Below are positions 48,274 to 58,370 of a DNA stretch of 64,000 nucleotides, one piece after another; within the stretch, counting starts at the first letter, position 1, and each line of letters opens with the position of its first letter. A program made the position numbers and the translations under genes. The notes beneath the pieces are model-generated. The model made no database searches. It saw nothing but the letters and a program-made list of their open reading frames with translations, and was not told where the DNA came from. The stretch is from the NCBI GenBank assembly GCA_963822895.1, contig CAWGJI010000005.1, positions 51,633-115,632 of the forward strand. Reading direction: 5' to 3'. The stretch is from an uncultured Acidobacteriota bacterium (GTDB taxonomy: Bacteria; Actinomycetota; Acidimicrobiia; Spongiisociales; ZC4RG35).

Positions 48274-49902
48274 TCACGTGGACGCGCCTTCCGACTGACG
48301 TTTGCGCAAGGCGGCCCTTCGCTCACTCTCCAGGCGCTCCAACCCGACGTCGCTGTAGTCGACGAAGCTCATCGCGTCGGCGATCAGGCCGTGGCCGGCG
48401 ACATCCCGAATGGAGCGATGCATCTGATGTGCCACAGACCTATAGGACGGATGTCCGGCGGCCTGGCTCCGAAGCTCGATGAGATGAAATGCCTCCCGTG
48501 GGTTCATCTCCATGACGAACCTCACGTTGTACGCAAAGGGAACGAGATATTGGGCAACATCGGGCCCCAGCTCGTCTCGGACCTCCTCGTAGAGAACGGC
48601 GGAATCGTCCATCGCCTGTCGCCATGCAGGTTCGAGCCCCTCGTCGCCCAGCGCCGCGGGGACGTCGTATCCGAGGCGGGTGCCGTATCGCTGCCATTCC
48701 AGGGTCATCATGCGATGTCGTTGAAGGTCGCGAAACGCCCCGATGTCACATGTCACGTCGAAGCGGTAGGTGGTGCGCTCCATCGCTCGGCCCGGCTTGT
48801 GCCTCCGGTTGGCTCGTTCTCCGATCATCGTGTGGATGAGGTCGGCTCTTTGCGCATCGGACATACCCCGAACCCGTTCGAGCAGCTCGCCGTCGGAGAG
48901 CTCGGAAACGGCGTAGAGGGCGGCGGCCGCGACCTTGATCTCGGCATCGGGGTCCCAGTCGGTCATCGTCACGGAGGCACCGGTGGCGGTGGGCGGGCCC
49001 AGGCCCTTGGCCTTCTCCTCGAGGTTGTCCCTCGTCGTCTCCAGGTAGGAGGACCAACGGATACCTCTTTCCTCCAGGTCGACCCGGGTGAGGAACGACG
49101 GTATGACCTTGCGCAGTTCGAGGAGCATCATCGCCCCATAGGCCCGAACCTCGTTCAGGGGGCTCGCCTGCATTCGGACGAGGGCCATCTCGTAGGCCTG
49201 CCCTGTCGCATAGATCCCGACGTTGGAGATCGTGGACACCGGCAGCATCCCTCTGACGGTGTCACACGCCTTGGCTCGGATGGTGGCCTTCCAGACACCC
49301 ATGGGGTCGGCCTCGTCATGGGGATAGAGCGTCTCGAACCTCCCCGTCATGACGGAGACCATCTCCGAATAGGTATCGAACAAGCGGTCCATGTGCTCGA
49401 TGTATCGCCGCGAGAGGCGGGAGTCGGTTATCTCGCTCGGGACGTGATAGCGATAGCGCCCACCGAGGCGAGCGTCGTATCTGATGTATCGGGTCGATTG
49501 CTCGAGATAGGCGGCGAGGCGGCCCCACTCCAAGACCTTCGTCAGGAGGTTGGAGGCTTGCTCACAGGCGAGATGAGCGCCTCCGAGCTGGGCAACGGAG
49601 TCGTCGCCGTATTCGAAGAAGATCCTCTTGTAAAGCTGTTCCGCCTTCTTGGTGGCAATGAGGGGGTCGTCGTCGCTGCTGCTCGCAATTGCCTCGATCC
49701 CCGACTCGGGATCGGAGACGAACTCATCCAGGAACAGACGTCGGAGCGATTTGGCCGATCTGGAGTAGCGGGCCATGAGTGCGCCCTTGACCACCTCGGG
49801 AAGGTTGATGAGGGCAAAGACCGGGCCGTCGAGGTTGGTGAAGAAGCGGCCGAGGATCGCCCGCTCGTCGTCGGTGAAGTCTTCCTTGTGGTACTGATGC
49901 AC
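48274..49902 (-). CDS. thyX: FAD-dependent thymidylate synthase, tandem-domain type
   Basis: ALMARYSRS, YGDDSVAQL, YLEQSTRY, FRDLQRHR, HLIELRS..GHPSYR; 542 aa. Confidence 0.92.
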   Translation of the reverse strand: MHQYHKEDFTDDERAILGRFFTNLDGPVFALINLPEVVKGALMARYSRSAKSLRRLFLDEFVSDPESGIEAIASSSDDDPLIATKKAEQLYKRIFFEYGDDSVAQLGGAHLACEQASNLLTKVLEWGRLAAYLEQSTRYIRYDARLGGRYRYHVPSEITDSRLSRRYIEHMDRLFDTYSEMVSVMTGRFETLYPHDEADPMGVWKATIRAKACDTVRGMLPVSTISNVGIYATGQAYEMALVRMQASPLNEVRAYGAMMLLELRKVIPSFLTRVDLEERGIRWSSYLETTRDNLEEKAKGLGPPTATGASVTMTDWDPDAEIKVAAAALYAVSELSDGELLERVRGMSDAQRADLIHTMIGERANRRHKPGRAMERTTYRFDVTCDIGAFRDLQRHRMMTLEWQRYGTRLGYDVPAALGDEGLEPAWRQAMDDSAVLYEEVRDELGPDVAQYLVPFAYNVRFVMEMNPREAFHLIELRSQAAGHPSYRSVAHQMHRSIRDVAGHGLIADAMSFVDYSDVGLERLESERRAALRKRQSEGAST

Positions 49903-49957
49903 GGGTCGGCGATTGTATGCCGGGAACGGGACGCGACCCGGTTACCGTTTTGTGGAC

Positions 49958-50236
49958 GTGTCAGTGATCTTGATCAGAATCGCCGTCTTCCTTTTGTCAG
50001 CGACGGCCATCGGCATCGCCGTTATCCCCATCCTGGTGCTCATCGACCTCCTGGGTGGCGGAACCGGGTGGGGCCTGTGCCCGGCCGGGATCGATGCCTG
50101 TGACAACCCATACACCACGGGCGCAGAGTTCCTGCTTTTCCTGACACTCGGCCTGTTCATCGCCGTCATGGGCATCCGGCTGCTGATGCGTTTGGCCAGA
50201 CGTCTTCAGTCGGATGACTACCAGGTGACTCAATGA
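49958..50236 (+). CDS. small two-TM hypothetical protein with a Cys pair in the loop
   Basis: Two hydrophobic helices flanking GWGLCPAGIDACDNPY; start uncertain (49952-49964). Confidence 0.65.
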   Translation: MSVILIRIAVFLLSATAIGIAVIPILVLIDLLGGGTGWGLCPAGIDACDNPYTTGAEFLLFLTLGLFIAVMGIRLLMRLARRLQSDDYQVTQ

Positions 50237-51120
50237 GCCGGAGACACGGCCTCCGCCTCGACTGAGGTGTGATCCTGCTGCTTGGTCACGACGATGAAGA
50301 TCGCCAGGAGGATTAGTCCCGCCCCGGCCCAACCGGCAGAGGTGAGTCGCTCTCCGAGAACCACCCATGCCGTGGCGACGGCAAAGGCCGGCTCGGCGGC
50401 GAGGACCACCGCGGTCGTGGCCGGCCCCACGATGGTCTGGGCCCAAACCTGGAGCACGAAACATCCGGCACTGGCGCCGAGACCGGTGATCAGCAAGGCG
50501 CCCCACACCGTTCTCGGTGGGAGTTGCGGTGTCTCGATGGCTGCGGATGCCACGAAGGCGAGCACGGCCGTCACACCGAGCTGCACCGTGGTGAAGGGAA
50601 CCACGGGATGGCGGTGGGCGAGTCGGGCGAGGGTGGCGATGTGAAGGGCGAAGGAAAAGGCGCACGCCAGGGTGAACAGATCGCCCGGTCTCAGGTCGAG
50701 AGTGTTTGATCCGGTGATCAAGACCAGACCCCCGAAGGAGATGGCGGCGGCGAACACGCTCCACCAGCTGGGCGCCCGTTTCGAGAACGTGGCGGCGACG
50801 AACGGTGTGATCACCACGTACAGCCCGGTGATCAGCGCCGAGTTGCTGGCACTGGCCTCGGTGAGGCCGACCGTTTGAAAGATATATCCGGCGCATAGGA
50901 AAAGGCCGGCGAGAGCCCCGTGTTTCCATATCTCGCGACCACGGGGCAATGAGAGCGCCGCCAGGACCAGTGCACCGAGGAGAAACCGCCAGGCAACGAA
51001 GGCAATCGGTGGGAAGTCCTCGACTGCGGACTTGACGACCACGAAGGTCGCGCCAAAGACGAAAGACGCAACAAGGAGTGCGAGCACGGCACGACTGGGG
51101 GTGGGACCGGGACCGGGCAT
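50230..51120 (-). CDS. DMT/EamA family transporter
   Basis: FGATFVVVK, FQTVGL..SASNSALIT, GDLFTL, EPAFA, LGE. Confidence 0.92.
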   Translation of the reverse strand: MPGPGPTPSRAVLALLVASFVFGATFVVVKSAVEDFPPIAFVAWRFLLGALVLAALSLPRGREIWKHGALAGLFLCAGYIFQTVGLTEASASNSALITGLYVVITPFVAATFSKRAPSWWSVFAAAISFGGLVLITGSNTLDLRPGDLFTLACAFSFALHIATLARLAHRHPVVPFTTVQLGVTAVLAFVASAAIETPQLPPRTVWGALLITGLGASAGCFVLQVWAQTIVGPATTAVVLAAEPAFAVATAWVVLGERLTSAGWAGAGLILLAIFIVVTKQQDHTSVEAEAVSPAH

Positions 51121-51207
51121 GGGTGGCAGGAGCCTAGGTGCGGCCATTCGACGAGCAACCCGGGTCGGTGAGCCCACGTGTCATCCGGGCGTCTTACGAT
51201 CGCCCGG

Positions 51208-51903
51208 ATGCCAATAGCCAGATCCGACGGATCCATACCGACCCGAGCCGAGAAGGGCAGGGCCAGGGCGATCCTCAACCGCCTGGTCAGGCGCTACCCG
51301 GTCATCAGCACAGCCCTGGAGTACGAATCGGCCTATCACCTGCTGGTAGTGACCGTCCTTTCCGCTCAGACCACCGACGACAACGTGAACAAGGTGGCCC
51401 CTGCCCTGTTCGGGGCCTATCCCACCAGCGCCGACCTGGCAGAGGCAGACCCCGAAGACGTGGAGAAGATCGTCTACTCCACCGGGTTCTATCGCCAGAA
51501 GACAAAGTCGATCATCAGGCTCGCGCGGGCCATCGAGGAGCTGTTCGAAGGTGAGGTCCCCAGAGACATCGACTCACTCGTGAAACTGCCCGGTGTCGGG
51601 CGCAAGACGGCCAGTGTCGTCCTTGCGGAGGTCTGGAACATCCCCGCTATCGCCGTCGACACCCATGTGAACCGGGTGACTCGTCGACTCGGGCTGACCA
51701 CCAGCCGAGACCCGGCGAAGATCGAGCAGGACCTCAAGGCCCTATACCCGAAGAAGGAGTGGTCGAGCCTCTCGATGAGGTACATCCAATTCGGGAGGGA
51801 TGTCTGCGATGCGCAACGCCCGCGTTGTGGCAGGTGCGAGCTATTCAAGCTATGTGAGTGGCCAGACCGGTTCCAGGCGGCGGGTAGGTCGGCGCGCACG
51901 TGA
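51208..51903 (+). CDS. nth: endonuclease III
   Basis: LSAQTTD, LPGVGRKTA (HhH), AVDTHV, C-x6-C-x2-C-x5-C. Confidence 0.95.
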   Translation: MPIARSDGSIPTRAEKGRARAILNRLVRRYPVISTALEYESAYHLLVVTVLSAQTTDDNVNKVAPALFGAYPTSADLAEADPEDVEKIVYSTGFYRQKTKSIIRLARAIEELFEGEVPRDIDSLVKLPGVGRKTASVVLAEVWNIPAIAVDTHVNRVTRRLGLTTSRDPAKIEQDLKALYPKKEWSSLSMRYIQFGRDVCDAQRPRCGRCELFKLCEWPDRFQAAGRSART

Positions 51904-53204
51904 CCGATCGGGTCGTCGCCAACCGCGCCATCCTTCGGCTCGCGATCCCGGCCCTGGGAACACTGGCGATCGACCCTCTCCTCACCCTCGCTGACACCGC
52001 CTTCGTCGCTCGGCTGGGAGTTGGTGAGCTGGCAGCGCTCGGCGTGGACACTGCCCTCCTCGGCTTCGCCTTCTTTGGCTTCAACTTCCTCGCCTATGCC
52101 ACGACTCCTCTGGTGGCGCAGGCCTTGGGAAGGGGGGATCGATCGCAGGCGAGGAGATGGGTGGGCGATGCGCTCATCCTGGCCGTTGGTCTTGGAGTCC
52201 TCGCCGCGATCTGCATCGAGCTGCTCGCCCCGCGACTCGTCGGTTTGATGGGGGCATCCGGTGAGGTGGCCGACCTGGCCGTCTCCTATCTGCGGCTGCG
52301 TGTGCTGGCGACACCGGCGGTACTCCTGGTGACCGCGGGGCACGGTGCTTTCCGCGGCCACCAGGACATGAAGACTCCCTTACGCGTGGCCCTCGGGGTG
52401 AATCTCATCAACCTGGCTCTCGACCCGATCCTGATATTCGGCTTCGGCTTCGGGATCCAAGGTGCGGCTCTGGCGACCGTGGTCGCACAGGTGATCGGTG
52501 CGCTGTGGTTTGTCAGGTTGCTGCGAAATCGGGACATGGCCGACCGCCCGTCGGCCTTCCGCACGGCCATCCCAACGATCCTTGCCCTTGCGCGCAATGG
52601 CGCTCTGGTTTCGCTGCGAACGGGAGCCCTCCTGCTCGGCCTCACCTATGCCGCGGCCACGGCAACCCGTCTTGGGGATCCTCAGATCGCCGCCCATCAG
52701 GTGGTGATGCAGGTGTGGCTTCTCGCCGCCATGGTCTCGGACTCGTTCGCGATCGCCGCCCAGGCAATGGTTGGAGATGTGGCCGGCGGCGGTTCCAACT
52801 CCCAGCTCAATGCGCTCGTGTCGAAGTTGCTCGTGTTCGGCCTGGGGACCGGGGTCTTGCTGTTGGTGGCATTCGTGGCAGGTGGGCCGGCAATCGGAGT
52901 GCTCGTGGACGACCCGGTCACTGCCGAGCTGGCGGTCTCGGCTGCGCGGGTTGCGGGGTGGATGATGCCCGTCGCAACGCTCGTCTTCGTTGGTGACGGG
53001 ATCTTCTTCGGCCTGCTCGCCTTCGGGACGGTCTTTGCATCGACCACGGCCGGGGCGACGACACTGGTCGGGCTCGTCGCCTTGACCACCCTTGGCGAGT
53101 CGCTGGACGGGATCTGGTGGGCCTTTGGCGCGATGCTCGTGGCCCGCGGCATGGTGTTCGTCCTCGGCTATCGGCGCTCGATCCGGATGGTCGTCAGATC
53201 CTGA
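51900..53204 (+). CDS. MATE family transporter (DinF-like)
   Basis: LAIPALGTLAIDPLLTLADTAFV, FRGHQDMKTP, LDPILIF, AAHQV. Confidence 0.92.
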   Translation: MTDRVVANRAILRLAIPALGTLAIDPLLTLADTAFVARLGVGELAALGVDTALLGFAFFGFNFLAYATTPLVAQALGRGDRSQARRWVGDALILAVGLGVLAAICIELLAPRLVGLMGASGEVADLAVSYLRLRVLATPAVLLVTAGHGAFRGHQDMKTPLRVALGVNLINLALDPILIFGFGFGIQGAALATVVAQVIGALWFVRLLRNRDMADRPSAFRTAIPTILALARNGALVSLRTGALLLGLTYAAATATRLGDPQIAAHQVVMQVWLLAAMVSDSFAIAAQAMVGDVAGGGSNSQLNALVSKLLVFGLGTGVLLLVAFVAGGPAIGVLVDDPVTAELAVSAARVAGWMMPVATLVFVGDGIFFGLLAFGTVFASTTAGATTLVGLVALTTLGESLDGIWWAFGAMLVARGMVFVLGYRRSIRMVVRS

Positions 53205-54415
53205 CCGCGTGTCTCCGGCAGGAGCAGCGTCAGTAGGGCGGCCGCCACCATGCCGGCGCCGAGGATGGACACCGTCGTCGACAGTCCGAGGCGGTCGATG
53301 GTGAAGACCCCGACGATGAGCCCGAATGCCGATCCGGCGAGGGCGAAGTTGGTTGCGGCGGTATTGGCGGTCCCCCTCAAACCGGTCGGGAACAGCTCGG
53401 CACGATGCGATCCCCCGGCCGGCACGAATGCGAACGTGCCGAAAGAAGACACGACCACCGCCGCGACGAGCACGGGCACCGTGGCCGACCAGTAGATGAC
53501 GAGCCCGCCTGTCAACGCCATCAGGAGTGAGATCACTGTGGTGATCCTCCGTCCCCAGGCATCGGCGAGATGGCCTCCAACGAAGAACCCGAGCCCGCCA
53601 ATCGTTCCTCCGAGAAGGCCGACCAGCACGGTGGACCCGGTGGTCAAACCGACGTCTTCGATCATGCGGGTCGTCGAGAAGGCGAGAGCGACGGCGGAGA
53701 ACGCCGAGGCGAGAAACCCTATCGAAGCCACCAGCCAGAATCGCGACGCCCACACTCCGGATGCCAGGTCCCGCCAGTGCTCCGTGGATTGATCGTGCTC
53801 CACGTAGACATGGCTCTCGGGGACGTTCCTTATCAGCAAAGGCAATACCAAGAAACCAAGCCCAATGAGGAGATGGGGTATGCGCCAGCTCTCGCCCCCG
53901 CCATCGGCGAGCGGGAGCGTCATCAGGGCCAGACCGCCCCCGAACGACACCGCCGCCCCGTAGAAGGAGATCGCATACGCACGCACGGTCGGCGACACCT
54001 GCTCGGCCAGCAGGACGATCGCAAGCCCGGACATGGCTGCCGTCCCGGTGCGGAGGACAGCCTGAGCCGCACCGAATTGCCAGGACTCGAACGCCAGGCC
54101 GGCGATGGTGCCCCCCACCACCACGAGGGTGAGCGCCAGGAGAAACGACCGGCGCCTCCCACGGCGATCGGCGAGCCAGCCGAGTGGGAGAGCGGCGAAG
54201 GCGGCCAGTCGCGCCACGCCCAGCAGGAGGCTCATCTGGCCGCTGGTCAGTCCCAGCCCGGCCCTCGTGTAGGGGAGGCTGGCGGCTGCCTGGGACTGGG
54301 CGAATCCCTGCACGACACCGGCGGCCCAGATGATGACGACGATCCGGCGGTCTGCCCTGGTGAAGCGATCCACCGGCAGCAACGGGTTGACCGCTCGGCG
54401 CATCCATGAAGCCAC
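53168..54415 (-). CDS. MFS transporter
   Basis: GWLADRRGRR and GHLADAWGRR motif A copies, PES, ELFPTGLRG, PETRG. Confidence 0.92.
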   Translation of the reverse strand: MASWMRRAVNPLLPVDRFTRADRRIVVIIWAAGVVQGFAQSQAAASLPYTRAGLGLTSGQMSLLLGVARLAAFAALPLGWLADRRGRRRSFLLALTLVVVGGTIAGLAFESWQFGAAQAVLRTGTAAMSGLAIVLLAEQVSPTVRAYAISFYGAAVSFGGGLALMTLPLADGGGESWRIPHLLIGLGFLVLPLLIRNVPESHVYVEHDQSTEHWRDLASGVWASRFWLVASIGFLASAFSAVALAFSTTRMIEDVGLTTGSTVLVGLLGGTIGGLGFFVGGHLADAWGRRITTVISLLMALTGGLVIYWSATVPVLVAAVVVSSFGTFAFVPAGGSHRAELFPTGLRGTANTAATNFALAGSAFGLIVGVFTIDRLGLSTTVSILGAGMVAAALLTLLLPETRGQDLTTIRIERR

Positions 54416-54479
54416 AATCCGAGGCTAGGGCTTGTGACATGGGAACATCAGGAACCGTTCAACCGTTGCGTGGTTCCAA

Positions 54480-55250
54480 GTGTTCGAGAACGTCGACTCC
54501 GCCGCCTACATCGCCCAGATCCTGATTGCCTTCGGGGCCGGGGTCATCTCATTCGTGTCTCCCTGTGTTCTCCCACTGCTTCCGGGGTACCTATCGATGA
54601 TGTCGGGTTACTCGGCCTCCCAGCTCGAGACCGGCGACGTCTCCACCGGTCGGATGACATCGGTGATCCTCCAATTCATCGCCGGATTCACCGTGGTCTT
54701 CGCCCTGCTCGGTGCCGCAGCGACCGGGCTCGGTCGATTCTTGGCCCGAAACCTCGATGTCTTCACGACGATTGCCGGGTTCTTGATCATTGCGTTTGGC
54801 CTCCTCATGGTGGCGATGGCAATCTCGAATCGCGGTCTGTTGGCCGCGTTCAACCGTGAGCGACGGGTCGAGGTGAGACCCTCTCGCCTGGGCCGATGGG
54901 CGCCCCCGGTGATGGGAGCGGCGTTCGGGTTCGGTTGGACGCCATGCATCGGGCCGGTTCTCACTGTGATCCTGGCCACTGCAGCCACCCAGGACTCGCT
55001 AGGTAGGGGCATCCTGCTGCTCGTGGTGTACTCGATGGGCCTTGGGGTCCCGTTTCTCCTGGCCGGTCTCGGGCTCTTCAAAGTGTTCGGGCGGCTCAAG
55101 CCCTACCTCCGAGCGATCAACATCGCCTCCGGCAGCCTCCTCGCCATCTTCGGGCTGGTCATGGTCACCGGGAACATGGGGACCATCTCCTCGTGGTTCT
55201 CCAATCTGTTCCTGTCGATCCCGTTTCTCAGAGATCTGGCCTCGGTATGA
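54480..55250 (+). CDS. ccdA: CcdA/DsbD-family thiol-disulfide transporter
   Basis: SFVSPCVLPLLPGY, FGWTPCIGP. Confidence 0.92.
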   Translation: MFENVDSAAYIAQILIAFGAGVISFVSPCVLPLLPGYLSMMSGYSASQLETGDVSTGRMTSVILQFIAGFTVVFALLGAAATGLGRFLARNLDVFTTIAGFLIIAFGLLMVAMAISNRGLLAAFNRERRVEVRPSRLGRWAPPVMGAAFGFGWTPCIGPVLTVILATAATQDSLGRGILLLVVYSMGLGVPFLLAGLGLFKVFGRLKPYLRAINIASGSLLAIFGLVMVTGNMGTISSWFSNLFLSIPFLRDLASV

Positions 55251-56080
55251 GCGAACCGATCACAATTCCGGCACTGGCACCAGCCCAAGCCGACTTTTTC
55301 TGGTTCATGGGACCTGACGCGGTCCGCTTTCTCAACGACCTCGTCAGCCAGGAGGTCGCTGCCGCCCCTATCGGCTCCGTGCGAAGGTCGCTTCTGCTCA
55401 CCCCACAGGGAAAGATGCAATTCCTGATGTGGCTCCTCCGTGGGGAGGCCCGGGTCGGTGTGGTGGTCGAGGACGGCCTCGGCGACTCCTTGGTGGAGAC
55501 GCTGCGCCGCTATCTGATCAGGGTTGACGTCGAAATAGCGGAATCGGCCGACCCGGTGGCACTGGTCGTGGGAGAGGGCGTCGAGCAGGGTCGTTGGATG
55601 GAGTCCGACGGTTCCTTGGTCGCTGATGTCTCGTGGGCGGGTCTGCGGCGGGCGCTCGTCGTGGGTGACATCCCGACCCTGCCGGTTCTCGAGGGCGACG
55701 AGTACACCTCATTGAGGATTCGGGCCGGCGAGCCGGTCATGGGAAGAGATGTCGACGAAAACACGATCCCTCAGGAGACGGGTCTGGTCCCGGCGTCCGT
55801 GTCGTTCGAGAAGGGGTGCTTCCTGGGTCAGGAGTTGGTTGCTCGGCTCGACAGTCGTGGCGGCCGCGTCAACCGCCATCTGCGAATTCTGGAAGTCGAT
55901 GGGACGGCCGGCGTGGGGTCGGCGGTGACCAAAGACGGTGAGCCGGTGGGCGAGGTCTCGTCGGCAGCCGATGGGCTGGCGCTCGCGTTGTTGCATCGAC
56001 GGGTGGAGCCGGGCGACGAGGTGCAGGTTGCCGGCCTGAACGCTCGCGTTCGGTCCGTGCCGGAGAATCCTGAGACCTAG
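55247..56080 (+). CDS. YgfZ/GcvT-family folate-binding protein
   Basis: GPDAVRFL, LLLTPQGK, SFEKGCFLGQELVAR. Confidence 0.9.
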   Translation: MSEPITIPALAPAQADFFWFMGPDAVRFLNDLVSQEVAAAPIGSVRRSLLLTPQGKMQFLMWLLRGEARVGVVVEDGLGDSLVETLRRYLIRVDVEIAESADPVALVVGEGVEQGRWMESDGSLVADVSWAGLRRALVVGDIPTLPVLEGDEYTSLRIRAGEPVMGRDVDENTIPQETGLVPASVSFEKGCFLGQELVARLDSRGGRVNRHLRILEVDGTAGVGSAVTKDGEPVGEVSSAADGLALALLHRRVEPGDEVQVAGLNARVRSVPENPET

Positions 56081-56118
56081 TTCACCACTTCTTTACACAA
56101 CGAGGCCAAACTAGGTGA

Positions 56119-56796
56119 GTGTCCGGACCAACACGCTCGGTCCTCCTCGTCGAGGACGACGAGGCCATCGCCGACATGTTGCGCGGCTTCTTCGAGCGTG
56201 ACGGCTATCGCTTCCTCCATGCGCTGACCGGTGAGGAGGCGGTCGAGCGTCTGCGTCTGCGCCCTGTGTCCGCCGTGCTCCTGGACATCAACCTGGCAGG
56301 GATTGACGGGATCGAGACATGCCGACGCATCAGGGAGTTCGCCAAGACTCCGGTGATAATGCTGACAGCTCGCGACACAGAGATCGACAAGGTCCTCGGG
56401 CTGGAGATGGGAGCCGACGACTACGTCACCAAACCCTTCTCACCACGCGAGCTCATGGCGAGGGTCAAGGCCGTGCTACGCCGATCGGAAGAGCCGCCGG
56501 CCAAGCCCAGGATCATCGAGATCTCCGGTTTCCAGATCGATGGGGGAAGACGTCTCGTGGTCACACCGTCTGGGGACACGGTTGAGCCGACCGCCAAGGA
56601 GTTCGACCTGCTCTGGTTCCTGGCCGAGAACTCGGGTCTGGCCATGTCTCGTGGCCAGATCCTCGAGGGAGTCTGGGGATATGAGTATTTCGACGAGACG
56701 CGGACGGTCGACGTGCACATCCGCCAGTTGCGCAAGAAGATCGAGGGCATCCCGATCGAGACCGTGTGGGGTGTCGGCTACAGGCTCGGGTCGTAG
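56119..56796 (+). CDS. OmpR-family response regulator
   Basis: LLVEDD, LLDINL, MLTAR, GADDYVTKPF, RTVDVHI..LRKK, TVWGVGY. Confidence 0.96.
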   Translation: MSGPTRSVLLVEDDEAIADMLRGFFERDGYRFLHALTGEEAVERLRLRPVSAVLLDINLAGIDGIETCRRIREFAKTPVIMLTARDTEIDKVLGLEMGADDYVTKPFSPRELMARVKAVLRRSEEPPAKPRIIEISGFQIDGGRRLVVTPSGDTVEPTAKEFDLLWFLAENSGLAMSRGQILEGVWGYEYFDETRTVDVHIRQLRKKIEGIPIETVWGVGYRLGS

Positions 56797-58238
56797 TGCG
56801 GAAGCGGTTGTTCTGGGCCATCGCCGGTGTGGCGTCTCTCACCGGTGTTCTCGTGCTCGCCGGGGTCATCGTGGCGTCGCAGCGGGCGGCAGTGGAAGCA
56901 ACCCAGCGGGAGCTCTCCCGGTCGGCGGATGAGGTCGTCTCGATCCTCCAGGACACCGTGGAGGCGAGCAATCAGCGGCCAGGTGCCCTCGTCGAGCTGA
57001 TCCGCGTGCTCGAGGGAGACCAGGTCGGATCGCTTCTCGGGAGGATCCGACGAACGGCAGGCAGTTCGGACCTGGCCTTCGCCGGGATCGGGGCGGACGG
57101 CGTCATACGAAGCAATGACCCCCTCTTCACCAGATTCAGCATCGACCAAGCTGCTGTTGCGGCCGGGGAGAAGCAATTCGTCAAATCCACTTCGAACGAA
57201 TTGGTGGTCGTTGCCCCAACCGTGCTCACCTTCGTCACAGGCGACGCGACCGTGCTTGTCGCCGTGGCTCGGGAAGCGCCCGTCGTCCGCTCCAGCGACA
57301 TGTTCCGAGAGCTTCTCCTGGTCGCCATCGGCATGGTCGCCATCTCGGCCCTGCTGGCAAGGGTGCTCTCCACGCAACTGACGAGGCGGCTTCGCCCCTT
57401 CTCAGACGCCGCATTGCAGTTGGCGTCGGGAGATCTCACCACCAGGGTGCCCGACCTCGACGACCCCGACCTCGACGAGGTGGCAGAGGCGTTCAACGAC
57501 ATGGCCGGCGAGTTGGAGGACACCAGGCAGCGAGAACGCGACTTCCTACTCGGTGTCGGTCACGATCTCCGCACTCCTCTGACCACCATCGCTGGCTATG
57601 CCGAGGCCTTGGAGAGCGGGGCGGTCGATCGGAATGAGATGACCAAGATAGGAGCGGTTCTCGGCACGCAGAGCAGACAGCTCGGGAGATTGATCGAGGA
57701 CCTCAGCCTCCTGGCGCGCCTGGAGCAGCCGGAGTTCGGATTGCGTTCCGAGGAGGTCGATGCCGGCGCCCATGTGACCGAAATCATCGATGGGTTCCAG
57801 CGGCGGGCGGCGGACGTCGGGGTCAAGCTGGAGGTCGACGCCGTGGGCGCCCCGACTCTGATAACCGACCCGGACCGGCTGGGTCAGATCGCGCAGAACC
57901 TGGTCGAGAACGCCCTCCGATTCACACCGGAGGCCGGGAGCGTGACCGTTGCGGTCAAGGGCGACGGCGACGGCGTCGTGCTCAGCGTGAGTGACACCGG
58001 CACCGGGATCGATCCCGACGACCTGCCCCATGTCTTCGATCGTCACTACACGGGCCGGCAGCGCCGAGTCCGCAACGAGGGGAGTGGGCTCGGGCTCTCT
58101 ATCGTCAAGGGCTTGGCGGAACGACTTGGAGGCACCGTCACCGCCGAATCACGGCCCGGTCATGGGACGACGATCACCGTTCGCCTCGCATCCCTGGGTG
58201 CCGGGGAAGCGGATCCCGTTTTGAGCGCTCCTACCTGA
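56796..58238 (+). CDS. HAMP-domain sensor histidine kinase
   Basis: Two TM segments, HAMP, HDLRTPLT, NLVENALRFT, DTGTGI, GSGLGL. Confidence 0.95.
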   Translation: MRKRLFWAIAGVASLTGVLVLAGVIVASQRAAVEATQRELSRSADEVVSILQDTVEASNQRPGALVELIRVLEGDQVGSLLGRIRRTAGSSDLAFAGIGADGVIRSNDPLFTRFSIDQAAVAAGEKQFVKSTSNELVVVAPTVLTFVTGDATVLVAVAREAPVVRSSDMFRELLLVAIGMVAISALLARVLSTQLTRRLRPFSDAALQLASGDLTTRVPDLDDPDLDEVAEAFNDMAGELEDTRQRERDFLLGVGHDLRTPLTTIAGYAEALESGAVDRNEMTKIGAVLGTQSRQLGRLIEDLSLLARLEQPEFGLRSEEVDAGAHVTEIIDGFQRRAADVGVKLEVDAVGAPTLITDPDRLGQIAQNLVENALRFTPEAGSVTVAVKGDGDGVVLSVSDTGTGIDPDDLPHVFDRHYTGRQRRVRNEGSGLGLSIVKGLAERLGGTVTAESRPGHGTTITVRLASLGAGEADPVLSAPT

Positions 58239-58260
58239 TAACGACTGTATGGGGACCTCG

Positions 58261-58347
58261 TGGTGCCGGAGGTGGGACTCGAACCCACACGCCACTGAGG
58301 ACACAGCATTTTGAGTGCTGCGCGTCTGCCAATTCCGCCACTCCGGC
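58261..58347 (-). tRNA. tRNA-Leu(CAA)
   Basis: GCCGGAG acceptor stem, TGGCGGAATTGG D-arm, CAGCA-CTCAAAA-TGCTG anticodon arm, long variable arm, GGTTCGAGTCC, encoded CCA; TACACT -10 upstream. Confidence 0.97.
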
Positions 58348-58370
58348 GCGAATATGCGAGTGTATGAGAC

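Noticed and set aside
53168-53204. 37-bp convergent overlap of the MATE and MFS genes (also 11619-11630 and 50230-50236)
   Set aside because: Short tail-to-tail overlaps are common in compact high-GC genomes; no further evidence of antisense control
58240-58347. tRNA-Leu as an integration site
   Set aside because: No integrase, no duplicated tRNA 3' end noticed, and no compositional shift in the flanks
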